Source of the DNA: the human T2T-CHM13v2.0 reference genome, Homo sapiens
Reading direction: 5' to 3' (one strand)
NCBI RefSeq assembly: GCF_009914755.1
Contig: NC_060947.1
DNA length: 64,000 bases
Made by a program: the position numbers and the translations under genes. Under the pieces are notes generated by a model. It made no database searches. It was given only the letters and a program-made list of their open reading frames with translations, and was not told the origin of the DNA. Below are positions 56,958 through 64,000 of this stretch, in pieces (the stretch's first letter is position 1; the number at the start of each line of letters is the position of its first letter).

Positions 56958-59900
56958 TCGCCCCCCTCACCCTATGCTACCACTGTCACCAGCATGAATG
57001 TGCACAAGGAGGGCACCACCCACACATCTGCCAGTGCCCTGCCCCCACACCAACACCACCATCAGCATGAACACATACACATACAACAGCAGTCCTATCC
57101 CCACCATGCCATGTCACCAATGCTGCCTCTGTGAATACGTGCATGAAGGCCAGCACCCATGCACCCAGCAGTGCCCCACCCCAGTTGATGAGTGTACACC
57201 CCACTGCACTGACACTACTGCTGGCACATGTTAATGAGCACTGATCCTGCTGTCACTGCCTGATAAAGTGCTTTGGCTGAAACCACCCATTGGATTATTG
57301 TGACCAGTGGTCGGGGAACAGGTTGGCCCCTCCAGCACAGCAGGTTCCTAACACTGAGGAGTTAGAGAACAAAGCCGGGGACCTGATACCAGCCCCTAGC
57401 ATGAAGCCCAGGAATACTGCGCTGAGCCTTGGCCCCCTTATGTCTTACAAAAATGAAGCCAGTCAGTTAAACCCACCTTATAACGTAATCAAACCCCCAA
57501 AGACATCAAAGAGGATAAATGAAAAAAAAAATCCAATGGCCAGCAACTTCAAAGATTAAAGGAACATAAACCACAAAGATGACAAAGACCCAGTGCAAGA
57601 ACTCTGGCAAGTCAAAAAGCCAGCGTGTCTTCTTACCTCCAAACAAGTGCACTAGTTCCCCAGCAATGGTTCTTAAAGAGGTGGAAATGATGGAAATGAC
57701 AGAAATAGTATTCAGAATATGAATAGGAGCAAAGACCCTCAAGATTCAGGAGACAGTCACAACCCAATCCAAGGATTCTAAGGAATACAATAAAATGATA
57801 CAGGAGACAAAAGACAAAATGGACATATTAAGAAAGAAACAAACTGATCTGATAGAGCTGAAAAATGGACTTCAACAATTTCATAATACAATTGCACGTG
57901 TTAACAGCAGAATTGCATAAGCTTATGAGGGAATCTCAGAGCTAGAAAATTCAAACAAAAAAAGGGAAGAAAATAAAGAAGAATGAATAAAACCTCGAAG
58001 AAATACAGGATTACGTAAGGAGGCAAATTCCACGCCTCACTGGCATCTCTGAAACAGAGGGAGAGAAAGCAAGCAACTTGGAAAACATGTGTTAACATAT
58101 CATCCATGAAAATTTCCCCAAACTTGCTAGAGATGCCAACATTCAAATTCAAGAAATGCAGAGAACCTCTGCAAAATACTACAAAAGAAGACCATCCCAA
58201 AGACAAATAGTCATCAGACTCTTCAAGGTTAAAATGAAAAAAAAAATGTTAAATGCAGCAAAAGAGTAGGGGCAGGTCACCTACAAAGGGAACCCCATCA
58301 GGCTAACAGCAGACTTGTCGGCAGAAACCCTATAAGGAAGAACATATTGGGGGCCCATATTCAACATTCTTAATGAAAAAAGTTTTCAACCAAGAATTTC
58401 ATATTTAGCCAAACTATGCTTCATAATCAAAAGAGAAATTAGATGCTTTTCAGACAAGCAAATGCGAAGGGAATTTGTTACCACCAGACTTGACTTACAA
58501 GAGGTCCTGAAAAGAGTGCAAAATATGAAAAGGAAAGACTGTTACCAGCCTCTACAAAAACACACTTAAGTACACAGGCTAGTAACTATAAAACAACCAC
58601 ACAAACAAGTCTCCATAATAACCAGCTAACAACATGGTAACAGGATCAAATCCACAGACAGCAATACTAACCCTGACTGTAAATGGGCTAAATGCTCCAA
58701 TTAAAAGGCACAGAGTGGCAAGTTGGATGAAGAACCAATACACAATAGTATGATATCTTCAAGAAACCCATGTCACATGCAGTGACACCCATACGCTCAA
58801 TGTAAAGGGATGGAGAAAAATCTACCAAGCAAATTGAAAACAGAAAAAGGGCAGGGATTGTTATTCGCATTTTGCATTTCAAACAAAACAAACTTTAAAC
58901 CAACAAATAGCAAAAAAAAAAAAAAAAAGACAAAGAAGGACATTACATAATGGTTAAGAGCTCAATTTAAAAATACTTAACTATCCTAAATATATGTGTA
59001 CTCAACACAGGAGCACCCAGATTCATAAAGTAAGTTCTTAGAGACCTATGAAGAGTCTTAGATATACACACAATAATAGAGGGATATTTCAACACTGCAC
59101 TGACAGCATTAGACAGATCATCAAGGCAGAAAACTAACAAACATATTTGTGACCTGAACTCAACACTTGATCGAATGAACTTAACAGACATCTACAGAAC
59201 TCTCCACCTAAAAACAACAGAATATACATTTTTCTCATCTGCACGTGGCACACAATCTGAAATCAACCACCTAATTAGGCATAAAATAATCCTTAGCAAT
59301 TTCAAAAAAAGTCATACCAACCACACTCTCAGACTACAGGCAATAAAAATAGAAATAAAATTAAATAGAAATCACCCCAAATCGCACAATTACATGAAAA
59401 TTAAATAATCTGCTCCTTAATGACTTCTGGGTAAATAATGAAATTAAGGCAGAAACCAAGAAATTCTTTGAAACTAATGAGAACACAGATACAACATACC
59501 AGAATCTCTGGGACACAGCTAAAGTAGTGTTAAGAGGAAAGTTTATATGCTAAACATCCACATGAAAAGTTTAGAAATATCTCAAGGTAACAGCCTAACA
59601 TCACAACACAAAGAACTAGAGAACCAAGAGCAAACCAACCCCAATGCTAGCAGAAGAAAAGAAATAACCAAAATCAGACCTGAACAAATAGAGATTGAGA
59701 CATAAAAAAAATACAAAGGATCAACAAGTCAATGTTTATTATTTGAAAGAATTAAAAATTAAAAATATAGACTGCTAGCTAGATTAATGAAAAATGAGAG
59801 AAGATCCAGATAAACACCATCAGAAATGAGAAAGGGGAGGCTTAGCTAGATTAATTAAGAAAATGAGAGAAGATCCAGATAAACACCATCAGAAATGAGG

Positions 59901-62750
59901 AAGGAGACATTACAACTGATTGCACAGAAATACAGAAAACCCACAGACACTAGTATAAACACCTCAATGCAGACAAACTAGAAATCCTAGAAGAGATGGA
60001 TGAATTCCTGGAAGCATACAACCTCCCAGGACTGAAGCAGGAAGAAATTGAATCCCTGAACAGACCAATAACAAGTTCTGAAGTTGAATCAATAATAAAA
60101 AGTTTACCAAGCAGGAAAAGACCAGGACCAGATAGAATAATGGCCAAATCTACCAGATGTATAAAGAAGAGCTTGTACCATTCCTATTGAAACTATTGCA
60201 AAAAATTGAGGAATAAGAACTCCTCCCTAACTCATTCTATGAGGGCAGTATTATCCTGATACCAAAACCTGGCAGAGACACAACTAAAAAAGAAAACTTC
60301 AGGCCAATATCCTTGATGAATATAGATGCAAAAGTCCTCAACAAAACACTAGCAAACAGAATCCAGCAGCACATCAAAAAGCTCATCCCCTACTATAAAG
60401 TAGGCTCTATCCCTGAGACGCAAGGTTTGTTCAATGTATCAATATATGTGATCCACCACATAAACAGAACTAAACACAAAACCCACATAATAATCTCAAT
60501 AGATGCAGAAAAGGCTTTCAATAATATTCAACATCCTTTCATGTTAAAAACACTCAATAAACTAGGCATTGAGGGAACATACTTTAAAGTAACAAGAGCC
60601 TTGTATGAAAAACCTACATCCAACATCATAGTGAATGAGCAAAAGCTGGAAGCACTCCCTTTGAAAACTGCAACAAGACAAGGATGCGTTCTCTCACCAC
60701 TGCTATTCAACATAGTACTGGAAGTTGTAGCCAGAGCAATCAGGCAAGAGAAAGAAAGAAAAGGCATCCAAAATGGAAGACAGTAAGTCAAAATATCCCT
60801 GTTTGCACACAATATGATTCCATACCTAGAAAACCTCTTAGTCTCTGCCAAAAAGCTCCTTGATCTGATAAAACACATCAGCAAAGTTTCAGGATACAAA
60901 ATAAATATTCAAAAATTGATAGCATTCCTAGACACTTACAATATTCAAGTTGAGAGCCAAGTGAAGAATACAATCCCATTCACAAGAGACACAAAAAGAA
61001 TAAAATACCTAGGAATACAGCTAACCATGGAGGTGAAAGATCTCTACAGTGAGAATTACAAAATACTGCTCAAAGAAATCAGAGATGACACAAACAAATA
61101 AAAAAGCATTCCGTGATCATGGATAGGAGGAATCAATATTGTTAAAATGGCCATACTGCCCAAAGCAATTTACAGACTCAAGGTTATTCTTATCAAACTA
61201 CCAACTACATTCTCATGAGATTATTTAAAAACTATTTTAAAATTAATATGGGACTTAAAGCCTAAATCACCAAGGCAATTCTAAGCAAAAAGATAAAAGC
61301 TGGAGGCAACACATTACCTGACTTCAAACTATAGTACAAGGCTACAGTAACCAAAATAGCTTGGTACTGGTACAAAACTAGACACATAGACCACTGGACC
61401 ATAATAAAGAGCCCAGAAATAAGGCCACATACTTACAAGCATCTGATCTTCAACAAAGCTGACAAAAACAAGCAATGAGGAAAAGTTTCCCTATTCAATA
61501 AATGGTGCTGCAATAATTGGCTAGCCACATGCAGAAGATTGAAACTATACTTTTTTCCTTGTACCATATATGAAAATCAACTCAAGATGGATTAAATATT
61601 TAAATGTAAAATTGGGGATTACAAAAATCCTGGAAGATTACCTAGGGAGTTTTTGGCATGGGATCTGGAAAAAAAATTTCATGATGAAGACTCCAAAAGC
61701 AATAGCAACAACAGCAAAAATTGACAAATGGGACCTAATTAAACTAAAGGGCCTCTGTGTGGCAACAAAAAAGTATCAACAGAGTGAACAGAAAACCTAC
61801 AGAATGGGAGAAAATATTTGCAAACTATACATCTGACATAGGTCTAATATTCAGAATCTATAAGGTGCTAAACAAATTTACAAGGAAAAAACAACCCAGT
61901 TATAAGATGGGCAAAGGACATGAACAGATGCTTTTCAAAAGAAGACATACACGTGTCCAACAAGCATATATAAATGCTTAATAGTACTATCATTAGAGAA
62001 ATGCAAATCAAAAGCACAATGAGACACCAACTCACACCAATCAGAAGGGCTATTATTAAAAGTCAAAAAATAACAGATGCTGTCAAGGTTGTGGGGAAAA
62101 GGGAACACTTATACACTGCTTGTGGAAATGTAAATTAGATTAGCCATTGTGAAAAGCAGTTCAGTGATTTCTCAAAGAACTGAAAGCCGAATTTTCACTC
62201 AACTCAGCAATCCCATTATAGGGTACATACCCAAAGGAATACACATTGTTCTACCATAAAGACACATGCATGTGCATGTTCATTGCAGCACTATTCACAG
62301 TAGCAAAGACATGGAGTCAACCTAAATGCCCATCAATGGTAGAATGGATAAAGAAAATGTGGTACATATACCCTATGAAATACATGGCCTTTCCAGCAAC
62401 ATGAATGGAGCTGGAGGGCATTATCCTAAGGAAAATAATGCAGAAACAGCAAACCAAATACTGCATGTTCTCACTTATAAGTTGGAGCTAAACACTGCGT
62501 ATGTATGGACACAAAGAAAGGAACAAGCGACACCAGGGCCTAATTGAAGGTGGAGGGTGGGAGGAGTGTGAGGATTGAAAAACTACCTATCGCGTACTGT
62601 GCTGATTACCTGGGCGATGAAATAATCTGTAAACCCTACCCCAGTGACACACAATTTATCTATAAGACAAACATGCACATGTACCCCTAAACCTAAAATT
62701 AAAGTGAAAAAAGAGCTATCTAGAACTGAAAAGTTAAAACAAGCTTCAAA
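56958..62750 (+). mobile_element. Near full-length older primate L1 (L1PA13-16-like) with disrupted ORF1 (~57540-58570) and ORF2 (58634 to ~62450)
   Basis: ORF2 start ATG...GSN; endonuclease and RT fragments ([40 protein letters not shown]); 3' UTR; TSD aaaaatgatct at 56947-56957 and 62751-62761. Confidence 0.93.
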
Positions 62751-63162
62751 AAAAATGATCTCATGTAAGTATATTTAAAATGTGTGTTTTGCACTACACT
62801 GTATACACCATAACAGCAGCTATCATGTCTTTTTGTTCTCCATTGAATCATCAATGCCTGACAGAAAGCCTGGCACATATTAGGTGCTTAATATTTCTTT
62901 GTTGACTGATTAAGGCGTCAAATACGTTATTTCAACCTTTACTGTTTACTCCTGGCTAAGGAAGACATTTTTATTTCTAGTCCATTGGATTCGTATGTTT
63001 AGATTGCTAAATTATTACTATGGAAAATATTGAAGGCCAATATTTTGATAGCTGCTAGAGTGCCCATGTTGTACCCTGCATGTTTTTGGAGTTTAAAGAG
63101 AGAGACATAGCCCATGACTTATTCACTCTGTGTTGGGCCACATAATCAAAGTAGCTGACATG

Positions 63163-63297
63163 TTTTTTCCTTCAAGGTTTAAGTTCCGGGTACATGTGCA
63201 GGATATGTAGGTTTGTTACAAAAGTAAACGTGTGCCATGGCGGTTTGCTGCACAGACCAAACCATCACCTAGGTATTAAGCCCAGAATCCATTAGCA
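63163..63297 (-). mobile_element. Short L1PA 3' end
   Basis: tttaagttccgggtacatgtgcaggat...cctaggtattaagccc. Confidence 0.8.
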
Positions 63298-64000
63298 TAA
63301 TCTTATTTGAGATTTTGAATTTAACCATGAATTCCTTATGGAAAACTGATCTAAATTCATAATGTTGTCAAAGATTTTTTTCCTGCATTCTGCTCATATA
63401 TGTATGTAATTTCTATTCGGTTGGAATAATCTTGGTATAATAATAAAAAGGTTCTGAATCCATTTAATAGCCATGTGTAAGAAATAACCATATTTCTCCT
63501 GTCAGCAAAATGCTTATTTTTTTTCCCAGTGACCTAGATATACCCAAAGCCTCTGAGAGTTACTCTGAATTTATTTTGCAAAAATCAATATCAGTTTCCC
63601 TTCCATATTTCTATAGGGAATATTTTCTCTTTGCTTTCCACCTGTCCACAGTAGAAACTTTAGTCAGAGATAAATAATACAGCAACCTTTCCAGATTCAT
63701 CTCCTAGAAAAGAAAGGGATTTTCCACATTGATTCATTAAGTTGAAATATTCTATCCTGAGCAAAGCCCCAAACTGTACTGAAAGCAGATGCTAGCTGGT
63801 GTTTAACATAGGTAAAGACAGATAGATTTTTATCATCTAGTATAATGTGTGCACATAAGACCTTTTTTAGTACTTAATCATTGAATCGTAATTTGAGTTT
63901 AGTAAAATACCTTAAAGATCATTAGTTTCAAAAGACAGCATACAATAATTCCTTACACTTCTTTAGCACTTTGCACATTTCAAAGATTTTCAAATATGAT

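Noticed and set aside
56958-62750. Possibly active full-length L1
   Set aside because: Many stops and frameshifts, truncated 5' UTR and a decayed FADD motif (tttgcacacaat)

Overview
Primate (most likely human Xq27) repeat-rich genomic DNA. The only intact gene is SPANXN1 (+ strand, two coding exons at 38511-38585 and 46595-46738, 72 aa). Its ~8 kb intron is almost entirely a decayed antisense class I (gamma-like, tRNA-Phe-primed) provirus with two LTRs. After the stop codon, a 39-bp minisatellite continues as an open frame for 138 codons. About 4 kb downstream (50581-51316) lies a highly diverged second SPANX-N-like two-exon unit that I do not recognise as an annotated gene. It has a TATA box, the same TATA-to-ATG spacing, a QPT-type N-terminus and a 208-bp ERV-free intron, and it is disabled by a 1-nt frameshift. 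It appears to preserve the pre-ERV gene structure. The rest of the window is L1, Alu, MaLR/ERV LTRs, DNA transposons, MIR/L2 and microsatellites. Repeat family names come from recalled consensus sequences and repeat boundaries are approximate. Nearly all short ORFs in the track are repeat-derived noise.
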